Positions 25,801 to 34,327 of a stretch of 41,571 nt of DNA are shown in pieces. The translations under genes were made by a program, and so were the position numbers. The stretch is taken from the IMG/VR virus record IMGVR_UViG_3300012952_003517, positions 1-41,571 of that record; one strand, 5' to 3'. This stretch comes from a virus. Its lineage: Duplodnaviria; Caudoviricetes. Each line of letters opens with the position of its first letter. Positions within the stretch are counted from its first letter, which is position 1. The notes under the pieces were generated by a model. It was not told where the DNA came from. It saw only the letters and a list, made by a program, of their open reading frames with translations, and did not search any database.

Positions 25801-28800
25801 GCATAACCCCAATGGAGTTGGTACCAAATAACTTTCGGGCTAGCGCTTCATGACTATTCGGCCCCCTACCCAGCCTCTGATTTAATAGCGTGTCAGCATC
25901 GTCTACGGTTTTTTGTTTAGACGCTTGCATCAGCGACGATATGTTTCCGGCTGGCAAATTATTTAATACAGAAATCTGACCTAATCTTTTATTAAACGCA
26001 GTTTGAGCCTGTTTAAATTCTTTAGGACCCGCGTCTATTAAAGCTTTTAGCTCTGGAGTATTGGCCATAGGATTTCCCATAGGTAGATTTCCTTTTTCAC
26101 CTACGCCCAACTCCGTTAACATTGCGGCTTTTTTAGTAGTAAACTCCGTTGCGCTCATCCCACCAGCTAGATCAGCGAAAGATTGTGTTAGCTCCATTGA
26201 TTTCGCAATAGCTTGGTTTTGAGCTTCAACCTGCGCTTTGAGAGCATCTGTAGCGTCCTCACTTGATGAGGTCAGCATTGGCAAGAACTCAGTGAGGGCA
26301 GTTATGGCCATCATTCCGAGTGCCCCTTTGGGACCCCCAGCCAGTCCCGCTACCCCTGCTCCCAAAATTCTTCCCGTAGCAGTGCTTGCCCCACCCATAA
26401 TCCCAAGTCCCGCGAAGCCCGCCCCACCTTTTCCTATTTTAGTTAGACCGCTTGCGGCCCTGCCTATAAGACCCGCGGCAAAATTTGGAACTCCGTGAGA
26501 TTTTGGATCAACACCCATTGATCTGGATCGATTAATTCCTTGGCTTAAGCCACGAGGTTCGTCAATAGTGTTATATACTCCGAGCCCACGAGGATTTCCT
26601 GCACCTCTAAGAGATGGGCTAGACCCTACTCTAATTGCAGAAGCAGGGACTCCTGCCGACATTTCCCTACCTATAGCGCTAGAAAGGGGGGTAAAGTTTG
26701 GTACGTACCCTAAAGCCTTACCTCCCGTGAGTCTTTTTCTTTCAAGGTTTATAAGCTGCACTCCATGAGCTCTGGTAGCGCTATCATTGAAATATTTTTT
26801 AGGCATCTCTCCGCCTTGAGCGGATTTTAATCTTCTTTTTGCGTCAATTCTAAATACAGGTTGACCAAAAATTTTCTGCAGAGCTGCAGAAGGAGGTCTC
26901 CCAGCCTCAAAGTCAAAGTCAGCCCCGGGAATAGCCACAGCTGCCTTCATAGCCATTCTCATTGCCTCTTCAAAGACTTCCCCCTGAAGACCTGCAGGCA
27001 GCGGTCCCATCCTACCCGGCTTACCTTCAATACCAAAACGGGTCATTACTTTTTTAGCAATATTTCCCGTGCCGGATTCAAGCTCGTCGGTAAGAAGGGC
27101 TTCGAACATTTTTTCAGCCTGAGCTTCTTTGGGCGTATTTATAAAACTCTGAACTCTAATGTTGTTAAGCCTAACCTTAGCTCCCTCGTTCTCTAAGTCT
27201 TTGTATAACTTAGGTGAATTATTCCTAAGCCCCGCTAAACTTTTCACGTCGGCTAAGGGGGAGAATGTTGGGCCAACCTTTCCGTCTGCTAAACCTAATA
27301 TTACCCCTATATCACTGGCATCTAACTGATATACGTGCCCTGCTAAATTTGGATGTATTTTTTTCTTTTCGGATTTTCTGGCTTTTGTGGTTCTTCCTCT
27401 TACGGCTTTTGAATAGTTTGGAACAAACCCACTAGCTGCATAAGGGTCAAAACCATGCGCAGCGCCAAAAGCTGCGCGGTATCCAGCTCCAGCAGGACTG
27501 CTTGAAGGGGGCATTATTGCTTTTTGCGACATTCCGGGGAACTGTTTTACAGTTTCTGCGGAATTGTACATCATTGTGCCTGCTCCGGGCTGCCTTATAG
27601 TTTTTATGGACCCAGCGGTGTATCCTCCAGCGGCGGCAGCAGCTCTCTCAGTGTTTGGATTAGCGAAATTAGGAACAAAACCTTCAGCCCTCCCCGGGCC
27701 ACCCCTCATAAAAGCTCTGCCGCTAGATCCCACACGAGCCCCTCTTCCGTACATGCTGGTAGCTAATGCTCCACCATACGCGCCTAAAGCTGCCCGTTGA
27801 GCCTGTTGCGCTTTTATAGTTGCTAAAATTTGTTTTTCTACAGCCAATACGTCCAAAGTGCCCGCTTTGACTGATTTTAATAAAGTCGGTTCTTTTGCAA
27901 TGGTATTTACTACAATTTCCTCTAGCGCTGCTCTTTGTTTAGTCGCTGCGGTAAGACCCATCATGTCTTTTAATGCGGATGATGCAAACTTGCCTAAACT
28001 TAGAGCTAATTTACTGAATACAGCAGTTATTAAAACTAAACCGGGGCCGCCTATAAATTTACCAATACCTTTAACTATATCCTTACCGAACCCCTCACCA
28101 AAAGACTCAAGCTTACCACCTTCTTTAAAAGAGTCTATAATTGAATTTACGGCCCCTAAAACATTTCCTATAGCTGGCCCAAATATGTCTCCTCCCAAAC
28201 TCGCACCAGCTTGAGTTAGGTTGGCCATGGTTCTATTTACCAATGAGTCTAGAGTTTTATTTAGCTTTTCGTTTTTCTGATAAGCTTCATCAGTAGCGCT
28301 ACTTGCAGCTCTCAAAGCTCCAGCGTAAGCAGAATTTTGTTGCGATAAGTCAGCTAACGCAGATTTTAATATGTTAACCTGAAACACGCCAGCTACGTTT
28401 TCAGCAGTAGAGGCCTGTTGAGATTTAGTGAGATTATTGAAATTTTTGGCAAGGTTTTGAAGCACTTGAATGCCAGAGAGCATTTCGCCATTCATACCCC
28501 TTGTGGCAACTCCTATATTTTCTAACCTTTGTTGAACATCACTTCTTTGGATACGTGTGAATATAGTTTTGAATGCGTTACCAATAACAGCACCACCTCG
28601 AGCAGTACGCTGCTGCACTGCTGTTGTAATAGCCATCAACTCATTCATACTAACTCCTGCTGACTGCGCAGAAGCTCCCACACGAGCTATAGATTTTGCT
28701 AAATCCTCTGAACTTACAGCAAATGCTGCATCAACTTTAGCCATTCTATTTACAACTTGAGCGGATGTTACCCCTTCTTTGTTAAAAGAGTTTACGGCGG

Positions 28801-29362
28801 CGGTTAAGGATTTTACGGCATCTGCCGCATTCATTCCAGTGAGACGGGTAAGTATTAAAGCGTCTTTTGTTCGGTTAAGGGTCTTTTCCATCCCCAAACC
28901 TTGACGGGCTAGTTCTGTAGCCGCTTCTGCAACAGTACCGAAACCTTGTGCGGTTTCTTTAGCAACCCTAAACATACCTTTACCAAATTGGTCTAGCTGT
29001 TTAGTGCTGGCGTTCATGACGACATTTACGTCAGCCATGGCTTTTTCAACCTGAATTGTAGCCTTGACCATAGCCCTCATGGCCCGCTCCACATTCATTA
29101 TAAGACCAGCTGAAGCGCCAAAAGCGATAACACGAGCATTAGAAGCTTCTAGGGATTTATTAAACTCATCTGCGCGGACAGTAGCTTTTGATAAACCAGT
29201 GCCAAGAGCTCTGACTTTGTCTACGCCACCTCCACTACCACCAGAGAAAGCTTTACCCATGGTTTTACCCATTTTGTCAAGCTCACGATTCATTTTCCTA
29301 ATCGTGGCTTCCGCTCTCTTGGCGTTTAATTGTAATTCAACTTCTACTCTATCCCTAGCCAT
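22832..29362 (-). CDS. Tail tape measure protein (2176 aa) with internal inserted domains
   Basis: N-terminal TP901-type core (AEAATELARQG, DAAFAVSSEDLA, GGAVIGNAFKTIFTRI), long Ala/Gly-rich helical regions, and C-terminal GGLVTGGSGYKDDV...GEFVIKKSAV and GGEYVMSPQAV motifs. Lies downstream of the tube and chaperone genes. Confidence 0.95.
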   Translation of the reverse strand: MARDRVEVELQLNAKRAEATIRKMNRELDKMGKTMGKAFSGGSGGGVDKVRALGTGLSKATVRADEFNKSLEASNARVIAFGASAGLIMNVERAMRAMVKATIQVEKAMADVNVVMNASTKQLDQFGKGMFRVAKETAQGFGTVAEAATELARQGLGMEKTLNRTKDALILTRLTGMNAADAVKSLTAAVNSFNKEGVTSAQVVNRMAKVDAAFAVSSEDLAKSIARVGASAQSAGVSMNELMAITTAVQQRTARGGAVIGNAFKTIFTRIQRSDVQQRLENIGVATRGMNGEMLSGIQVLQNLAKNFNNLTKSQQASTAENVAGVFQVNILKSALADLSQQNSAYAGALRAASSATDEAYQKNEKLNKTLDSLVNRTMANLTQAGASLGGDIFGPAIGNVLGAVNSIIDSFKEGGKLESFGEGFGKDIVKGIGKFIGGPGLVLITAVFSKLALSLGKFASSALKDMMGLTAATKQRAALEEIVVNTIAKEPTLLKSVKAGTLDVLAVEKQILATIKAQQAQRAALGAYGGALATSMYGRGARVGSSGRAFMRGGPGRAEGFVPNFANPNTERAAAAAGGYTAGSIKTIRQPGAGTMMYNSAETVKQFPGMSQKAIMPPSSSPAGAGYRAAFGAAHGFDPYAASGFVPNYSKAVRGRTTKARKSEKKKIHPNLAGHVYQLDASDIGVILGLADGKVGPTFSPLADVKSLAGLRNNSPKLYKDLENEGAKVRLNNIRVQSFINTPKEAQAEKMFEALLTDELESGTGNIAKKVMTRFGIEGKPGRMGPLPAGLQGEVFEEAMRMAMKAAVAIPGADFDFEAGRPPSAALQKIFGQPVFRIDAKRRLKSAQGGEMPKKYFNDSATRAHGVQLINLERKRLTGGKALGYVPNFTPLSSAIGREMSAGVPASAIRVGSSPSLRGAGNPRGLGVYNTIDEPRGLSQGINRSRSMGVDPKSHGVPNFAAGLIGRAASGLTKIGKGGAGFAGLGIMGGASTATGRILGAGVAGLAGGPKGALGMMAITALTEFLPMLTSSSEDATDALKAQVEAQNQAIAKSMELTQSFADLAGGMSATEFTTKKAAMLTELGVGEKGNLPMGNPMANTPELKALIDAGPKEFKQAQTAFNKRLGQISVLNNLPAGNISSLMQASKQKTVDDADTLLNQRLGRGPNSHEALARKLFGTNSIGVMQRAAIEGDKFTSNPKFQEYIKFVSESAKISDIKSAGVAKAKPGAGFAMQAGEDFLKRFGGQAGMSQREVMSRLAAAGTNPADIAKGGVSSFRGGTDQLAKILGVKPDDLRGAMQSDEGGFFQAITGEAMAGNITQQERNKALRKYISAIIAGYTDQEAYNKAVKENEKIEAEAAEKKKTYTATLLKAMKQQESYRQSVFTAKRALDTMTRNAAQGRAIFGLGSGLRTAQANARMDSTGVAGVVRNEAIAGARLDRRNAEGIAAKALEVSIKEGLAGMNAVKFIEGKGFGGPQASEALAAFTELRDQIEAGADQSQIDKLIERLAGVKGLKLDQGILSDPGDQLAMQELPKIIDLLRKAQEKYNSSQDKAVQNETNAINLAKEQYKVTLQTIKLQYELNTAKREEQRMIQSALAEAEYNETRNLAGQGRKGMRDVSSAYSAALAKNVESFGVEKGDFGRAFRAGFINEMGYNEVDALRDFENGSRQVAQTMKSSFADAFQSISSGASSVQGALANMAQSILNSINQMSSQMFTNMLFSRMMPGAGQGAYAQGGYVPGYAGGGLVTGGSGYKDDVMTRMSGGEFVIKKSAVNKIGVGTLNAINGYANGGNTGPGIGTMGLIAAGSGALSGVIQAASQPNAPKPIPSRDYGMGRSSLGYLGGADPDAGRVDSVSGGGGAANVSLAKGFVYYRRDPETGRLVSERARPTEGRFEVSDSLSLMGRLNEGDPQTARMFEKEQRIASYMDYVAGEKASRRNQIKAVEKEKRGRMVGAFMNAAMLVGGAKIAGAMATRRGSVGVGGLSGEHGAAIRSDIRMAGGRDAFAQQHGYMDYQDMKMSGSLLGTMPSGGFPKTGNANGGLARVMGGEYVMSPQAVRTHGVGFMTELNRGNVPRYAGGGLVGNQTGPAVAGGGSTLNTGGNTTNNVKININVDKSGGANAEVSAGTQSGSGESARDENEEIQNNSKLGDVLQGVVLEEIIKQQRPGGLLHQQN
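26480..27682 (-). repeat. Four dispersed G(F/Y)VPN(F/Y) peptide repeats in the tape measure protein
   Basis: GFVPNF 27665-27682, GFVPNY 27413-27430, GYVPNF 26693-26710 and GVPNF 26480-26494. Related GYVPGY at 24131-24148 and GNVPRY near 23130-23146. Confidence 0.85.
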
Positions 29363-29374
29363 ATTCCTAAAAGG

Positions 29375-29383
29375 ATATTACAC
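29375..29383 (-). promoter_or_regulatory. Candidate late promoter GTGTAATAT for tape measure gene
   Basis: GTG-TAATAT-CCTTTTAGGAAT-ATG. Confidence 0.65.
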
Positions 29384-29393
29384 TATTTTTTAG

Positions 29394-30389
29394 TTACATT
29401 CCGTGAAGTTTCATCATATCTTCCATGTTAAGCCTACCCCCCTTTTCCGCTGCTTTTTGAGCCAAGCTTATAGTTTCATTTGGATTATCCAAACCTAAAC
29501 GTTTTAAGTCTTCTGGAGTAGCCCCAACTAAAGAAGTAGCACTACCGTCTTGTCCTGCATTTTTAGACTTATCCAGCGTTTCTCTAGCGTTTTTAGTTGA
29601 CTCAAACCACTCTACAAACTTTTCAGGGTCCTCTTTTACGTCATCAGGAACTTTAGCCTCAGAATTTTCCATTAGACTTTTATAATACCTACCATAACCA
29701 AAAAGTTCTATTTGGTAAAAAGTTAGTTCTACCAGAGGTTTACCAAAAAAAACATGAGCATTGTCTTCACAGAGGTAAAATAAATTACTAAAAAACCCAG
29801 ATAATGATATCTTTTTTAAGTTCATCGACCCGAACTTCTTAGTGCTCGAATTATAAATTGCAATTAAATCTACTAATTTACTTTCTTCCAAGTCCTCAAA
29901 CTCTGATAAAGTGAATAACTTTTCGCCTTCTTCAGTTAACAGCGCATTGTACATGTAGTATTCATTTATTCTTCTAGATGCATAGTTTTCAGCGCAAAAA
30001 CCAATAAGCTCTTCTTTTTCAAACTCTAATTCAGCTAACTTAAATTGCTGATCTTTAATTTGAGAATTTAAATTATCTATATGGGCCTGAAGATAGACTT
30101 TACTTTTTGAGTTTCTTAACCCAGAAAGCATACTTTTAACTTGTAGAATTTCTTTATTTTTTGCGTCGGTCCAAATACCCTCTTTTAGGAGATATTCGAC
30201 TCTTTCCTCTCTAGTGGGAAGGCCTTGACCGACAGCCTTGTCATAAAAGAATTTATTTTTTATATCGAGCTCTGCTGAGTCGAAGTTGGTAAAATGTTTA
30301 ACACGTATTTTTCCGTAATCTTTAGAGTTTACCAGAGTAAAACCCCTAAGAATCTCAGAAAATATAACTTTTAAACTTCCATCTTCCAC
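29394..30389 (-). CDS. Probable tail assembly chaperone, long form (331 aa)
   Basis: Immediately upstream of the tape measure gene; GTG start; charged and helical; similar to the upstream 263-aa protein. Confidence 0.6.
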   Translation of the reverse strand: MEDGSLKVIFSEILRGFTLVNSKDYGKIRVKHFTNFDSAELDIKNKFFYDKAVGQGLPTREERVEYLLKEGIWTDAKNKEILQVKSMLSGLRNSKSKVYLQAHIDNLNSQIKDQQFKLAELEFEKEELIGFCAENYASRRINEYYMYNALLTEEGEKLFTLSEFEDLEESKLVDLIAIYNSSTKKFGSMNLKKISLSGFFSNLFYLCEDNAHVFFGKPLVELTFYQIELFGYGRYYKSLMENSEAKVPDDVKEDPEKFVEWFESTKNARETLDKSKNAGQDGSATSLVGATPEDLKRLGLDNPNETISLAQKAAEKGGRLNMEDMMKLHGM

Positions 30390-30392
30390 ACG

Positions 30393-31184
30393 TTATGACT
30401 CAACCTTTTCTGGTTTTTCCTCGCTGGTCTTAGCCTCCTCCTCATCAATCTTTAAGGCCATATCAATCATCTCTTGAAACTCTTTTTGAGTGTTTGGTCT
30501 TCCAACAAACCAAAAACTTACGTAGTATGCAACTTTTCGAGCCACAACTAATTCATGAACGTCTTCACCCTCATCGATCTCATCGTACCTGTCTAGCTTT
30601 TGCTCAAACGTGCCTTCTCCAAAAAAAGGTACTTCTTTTCCGTCTTTATCAGCGTATGCTAAGTTAAGCATCCACCATAAGATAACTTTATTTCTAGCTC
30701 GGCTTTCTGCGGTTTCTTCATATAAACCGTCTTCCATTAACTGAATATCACGAAGAGTCCTTCTCGCAGGCTTCATTTCCTCTTCGATTTCTTTTAGTCT
30801 TTTCTTTTGAGCCGCGGTTCTTTTTTTATCTTGTACGTTAAGAATTTTGGACTGTTCTTTGTGGAGTTTTTCAAGAGTGGCTAAAGTTTCCTTATACTGC
30901 TCGTTTTCTCTATCGTTTCTGGTTCCTCCGTCGTTATCAAACCTTTTCTCTAAAAGCGCTCTAGTCAACAGTCCCGCTTTAATTCCTTCGGCTAGCCTTA
31001 CCCCATAGTATAACTCAGCTTCGTCTGTCATTGTACGAGTGGGGCGACGCAAGAAATACTTTTTGGGAACGTTTTTCTTTACGTCTTTAGAAGTTGTTAC
31101 CTCAGTACCATCTTTTTCTTGTTTAACGGTCTCTTCTTTAACGGTTTCTTCTCTATCGACAGTAAATTCGTATATACGTTTCAT
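30393..31184 (-). CDS. Probable tail assembly chaperone (263 aa)
   Basis: Lies between the tube and tape measure genes; YFLRRPTR (the chaperone-like L+xPT strand) and a coiled-coil insert. Confidence 0.6.
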   Translation of the reverse strand: MKRIYEFTVDREETVKEETVKQEKDGTEVTTSKDVKKNVPKKYFLRRPTRTMTDEAELYYGVRLAEGIKAGLLTRALLEKRFDNDGGTRNDRENEQYKETLATLEKLHKEQSKILNVQDKKRTAAQKKRLKEIEEEMKPARRTLRDIQLMEDGLYEETAESRARNKVILWWMLNLAYADKDGKEVPFFGEGTFEQKLDRYDEIDEGEDVHELVVARKVAYYVSFWFVGRPNTQKEFQEMIDMALKIDEEEAKTSEEKPEKVES

Positions 31185-31435
31185 TTTTGTTTATTATTGT
31201 TATATTCGATGAATTTATCAAAATAATCCTCTAGTTCACGAATAGTATCGTTACCTAAATCTAGTATTTTTTTTCGGATTCTTTGATGTTTTTCTTCAGG
31301 GATTTTTACCCCATCAGCTTGAAGGTCTTCTAGTATAAAAAAGAATTGTTTATACAGGTTTGTAATTTTCCGTTTTGTTTGAAACGCAAAAAAATTATTG
31401 ATAATATCCCTATCCGGTCCTTCTTCCTTAGACAT
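31181..31435 (-). CDS. Hypothetical helical protein (84 aa)
   Basis: ATGA overlap with the next gene; preceded by a promoter motif and AAGG. Confidence 0.75.
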   Translation of the reverse strand: MSKEEGPDRDIINNFFAFQTKRKITNLYKQFFFILEDLQADGVKIPEEKHQRIRKKILDLGNDTIRELEDYFDKFIEYNNNKQK

Positions 31436-31449
31436 GCCTTGTACTCTAT

Positions 31450-31458
31450 ATCTTACAG
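31450..31458 (-). promoter_or_regulatory. Candidate late promoter CTGTAAGAT
   Basis: Immediately downstream of the terminator; CTG-TAAGAT-ATAGAGTACAAGGC-ATG. Confidence 0.6.
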
Positions 31459-31477
31459 CAAAAATACATAAAAGTAC

Positions 31478-31505
31478 AAAAAAAAGCCCCTCTTTCGAGG
31501 GGCTT
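31478..31505 (-). terminator. Rho-independent terminator after the major tail tube genes
   Basis: Minus-strand AAGCCCCTC-GAAA-GAGGGGC-TTTTTTTT: a perfect GC-rich stem, GNRA loop and U8 tract, about 22 nt after the stop at 31528. Confidence 0.92.
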
Positions 31506-31527
31506 GATTTAAATGTTTGCTTTATAA

Positions 31528-32829
31528 TTAAGCGTCTGGTATATGATAACCACTCATAAAAACACCGTGATCAAACTGATCAGGTCCACCAATCTGAGTA
31601 GAGAAATCTAAAGTAACACTTTTATTTGATCCAATATCAGATGAGAAGGACTGACTGTCTAGCTTAAGACCTTTTAGGATATAATTACAAACAGCATTAT
31701 CATCGTGACTACCATCGTAACACTTTGGATTTTTAAGAGTGATTCTAGCATCAAACTTATCATCACAGTTAATAATGTCTGCAAGAGATCCCGTTGTTAA
31801 GTTCGAAAGTACGGCGTCTATACTCAAGCTCGCGTTAATTGGGAAATCAATCGTTCTAGCAAACGAAAATTTGTTGCCCAATTTTTGAATTGGAGACCGG
31901 CTTAAATCGAAGCTAAGGTTATAGCTTTGAATGTGCGCGTTGCTAATGTTAGCACCTGCATAGTCCGGGTTAGTTATGAGGTTAGCTTCTGTACTCTGAT
32001 AAAGTCCTGTTGCAGTATTACCTTCAGTTCTCCATGTTCCTGCTAGTTGCTTCGCAAGCGTCAAGGTAATGTCACCGGGACGCAAAGTACTAATACTATC
32101 TCCATCTTCGGTACTTAAGTCAGTTACTGGAACAGGAAGTTTTACTGTCATCCCAACTGATTGGCCATTGCTACTATCCACGGCAGGGCTATCTCCGGAA
32201 ATATATTGGACGGGCTGATCAGACCTTCCGTTTGTGTATTCAAGTCCTCCTCCGTTATAATTAGCGGCGCCTCCAGAGATATAAGGAAGGTTTACAAAAT
32301 TCATATTTTGACCTTCCACACTGACAGATACCGTGGGAAGACCACCAACAGCTCCCTCACTGGAGTAAGAACTTAAAAATGCATTACCTACCCCAATCAT
32401 ACTAGCACCATATGAAAAATCTCCTGTGGTAGTATTATCATTAGCGTCCTTACCCTCTTTAGTTGTTAGGACGAAATAATTCTTTTGATAATCACTTGTA
32501 GTGCTATCAATAACATTCTCAATACATGAAGCAAACGTTCCATTTCCACTTGGAGTAACGCTAAACCCTAGTCTATTTTCATTTGAAAAGTTAGCTAAAT
32601 AGTAACTCGTATCAAAAGAAACTGTAGGGCTTTCCGTAATGATTTGATCAATTGCGGCTAAATTGCCGAACTGATTGACGTCCTGACGAGATACCGAAAA
32701 TGAATAGTTCGCGCTTTGAACTCTTGCCAATTGCTCGATATCTCCATCACTGAGAGCTCCCGTATTGAAAGCTGAATTTACAGTACAGTATACTGCCTCA
32801 CTTTGATAAATAACTCTTGTTCTTGCCAT
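31528..32829 (-). CDS. Major tail tube protein paralogue 2 (433 aa)
   Basis: Beta-rich with an internally duplicated tube motif (VQSANYSFSVSRQDVNQFG / IQSYNLSFDLSRSPIQKLG). Lies upstream of the chaperones and tape measure gene and is followed by a terminator. Confidence 0.8.
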   Translation of the reverse strand: MARTRVIYQSEAVYCTVNSAFNTGALSDGDIEQLARVQSANYSFSVSRQDVNQFGNLAAIDQIITESPTVSFDTSYYLANFSNENRLGFSVTPSGNGTFASCIENVIDSTTSDYQKNYFVLTTKEGKDANDNTTTGDFSYGASMIGVGNAFLSSYSSEGAVGGLPTVSVSVEGQNMNFVNLPYISGGAANYNGGGLEYTNGRSDQPVQYISGDSPAVDSSNGQSVGMTVKLPVPVTDLSTEDGDSISTLRPGDITLTLAKQLAGTWRTEGNTATGLYQSTEANLITNPDYAGANISNAHIQSYNLSFDLSRSPIQKLGNKFSFARTIDFPINASLSIDAVLSNLTTGSLADIINCDDKFDARITLKNPKCYDGSHDDNAVCNYILKGLKLDSQSFSSDIGSNKSVTLDFSTQIGGPDQFDHGVFMSGYHIPDA

Positions 32830-32848
32830 TTTTTTAATCCTTTAAATT

Positions 32849-34252
32849 TTAGTTATAGTTGTATGGGTTATCATGATAACCGCTCATGAATATTCCTTTA
32901 TTTTTTTGACTTGGTCCTCCAATTTGAGTAGAAAAGTCCAACGTAACTGTCTTATTAGAGCCAATGTCAGATGAAAAAGACTGACTATCCAATTTGACAC
33001 CTTTTACCACATAGTTACAAACAATAGGCTTAGGACTAGTCTCACATGTTGGGTCTTTCAAACTAACCCTAACGTCAAACGGGTCGTCGCACTCAATCAT
33101 TTGAGCTAAAGATCCTGATGTTAAATCAGACACGATTGCGTCCACGCTTAAACTAACATTAATTGGAAAATCAACAGGTCTTGCAAAAGCGTATTTTACC
33201 CCTAATTTTTGAACAGGACTTCTAGAGAGATCAAAATTAATACTATAACTTTGAATGTGAGCATCTTCTATCTTTAGTCCCGCATAATTAGGATCTTCCA
33301 TCCCCCTACCGCCTTCTTGAAACCCATCAACACCAATAGTTCCTGTAGCAGCATTGTAAATTCCTGCATCTCCTGACTGTTTATTTATGTTGATTGTAAT
33401 ATCACCGGGGAGCAAAGTGCTTATATCACCCATCAAGCTCCCAGAAATTCCAGTTGCGTTTCCAGTAGGGATAGGCAAACAAACAGGAAAACCATACTGA
33501 CTTCCGTCAATTGGATTTACTGCAGGAGTGACCCCAGAAAGGCCTATTAGAGAACCGTTACCCTTAGTTGCAGATGTCCTAAATCCAGCTCCTGTTGCGG
33601 GCTGCGCGTGAGCAGGATTATTTCCCGTATCAGGTATACTGGTAAAATTCATATTTTGCCCCTCTACGCTAAATGAAACTGAAGGCATACCGCCAACAGC
33701 CCCTTCAGTAGAGTAAGAGCTAAGAAAACCGTTACCTACCCCAATTATACTTTCGTAATTACCGGAAGCACTTAAGGGTACTCCCGTCGTGCTTACTTTA
33801 TTAGCATCCTTGCCTTCTTTTGTGGTAAGTATAAAATAATTTTTTTGGTAGGCGTTATTTGAACTATCTATTAAATTGGTAATTGCAGATTTAACGCCAG
33901 TAGTGTCTGCAGTAGCTAGACCATTAGTATAAACCGTACCCTCCCCGCTCTGAGTAACAAAAAATCCTAAACGATGCTCGTTTGTAAAATTAGATAAAAG
34001 GTACGTAGCGTCCAAGGAAACAGTCGGAGCTTCCGTAATAATTTGATCAATAGCTGCAAGATCCCCATATTGATTCACGTCTTGCCTAGCTACGCTAAAA
34101 GAGTAATTCACGCTCTGAACGCGGTTAAGGTCCTTAATATTAAAACTCTGAGACCAGTCTGGACCACCGTTCCCGGTTTGAGCAACGTTATAAGCTACAT
34201 CTTGACTGCAATATAGGGCTTCGCTTTGGTAAATTACTCTTGTTCTTGCCAT
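32849..34252 (-). CDS. Major tail tube protein paralogue 1 (467 aa)
   Basis: Same N-terminus (MARTRVIYQSEA) and core blocks (YQKNYF.LTTKEGKDAN; LDSQSFSSDIGSNK.VTLDFSTQIGGP) as 31528..32829. Confidence 0.8.
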   Translation of the reverse strand: MARTRVIYQSEALYCSQDVAYNVAQTGNGGPDWSQSFNIKDLNRVQSVNYSFSVARQDVNQYGDLAAIDQIITEAPTVSLDATYLLSNFTNEHRLGFFVTQSGEGTVYTNGLATADTTGVKSAITNLIDSSNNAYQKNYFILTTKEGKDANKVSTTGVPLSASGNYESIIGVGNGFLSSYSTEGAVGGMPSVSFSVEGQNMNFTSIPDTGNNPAHAQPATGAGFRTSATKGNGSLIGLSGVTPAVNPIDGSQYGFPVCLPIPTGNATGISGSLMGDISTLLPGDITININKQSGDAGIYNAATGTIGVDGFQEGGRGMEDPNYAGLKIEDAHIQSYSINFDLSRSPVQKLGVKYAFARPVDFPINVSLSVDAIVSDLTSGSLAQMIECDDPFDVRVSLKDPTCETSPKPIVCNYVVKGVKLDSQSFSSDIGSNKTVTLDFSTQIGGPSQKNKGIFMSGYHDNPYNYN

Positions 34253-34286
34253 TTTCTTTTAATTCCTATTGAAGTTTTCTTATCTT

Positions 34287-34295
34287 AAATTACAT
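34287..34295 (-). promoter_or_regulatory. Candidate late promoter ATGTAATTT for tube genes
   Basis: Motif variant 34 nt upstream of ATG 34252, with an AGGA SD-like element in the leader. Confidence 0.5.
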
Positions 34296-34327
34296 TTAAT
34301 AGCTTCAAAAGAGAAATAAAATCACAG

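Noticed and set aside
22875-29393. Many + strand ORFs (64-118 aa) inside the tape measure gene
   Set aside because: Antisense shadows of an Ala/Gly-rich, higher-GC gene. They give low-complexity Pro/Ser/Leu translations with no start signals.
30387-30630. Programmed frameshift (T-run in CCT TTT TTT GGA near 30620-30628) or stop read-through joining the two chaperone ORFs
   Set aside because: The downstream ORF is in frame 0, so a -1 or +1 shift cannot reach it. TAA is rarely read through, and the downstream ORF looks like a complete paralogue.
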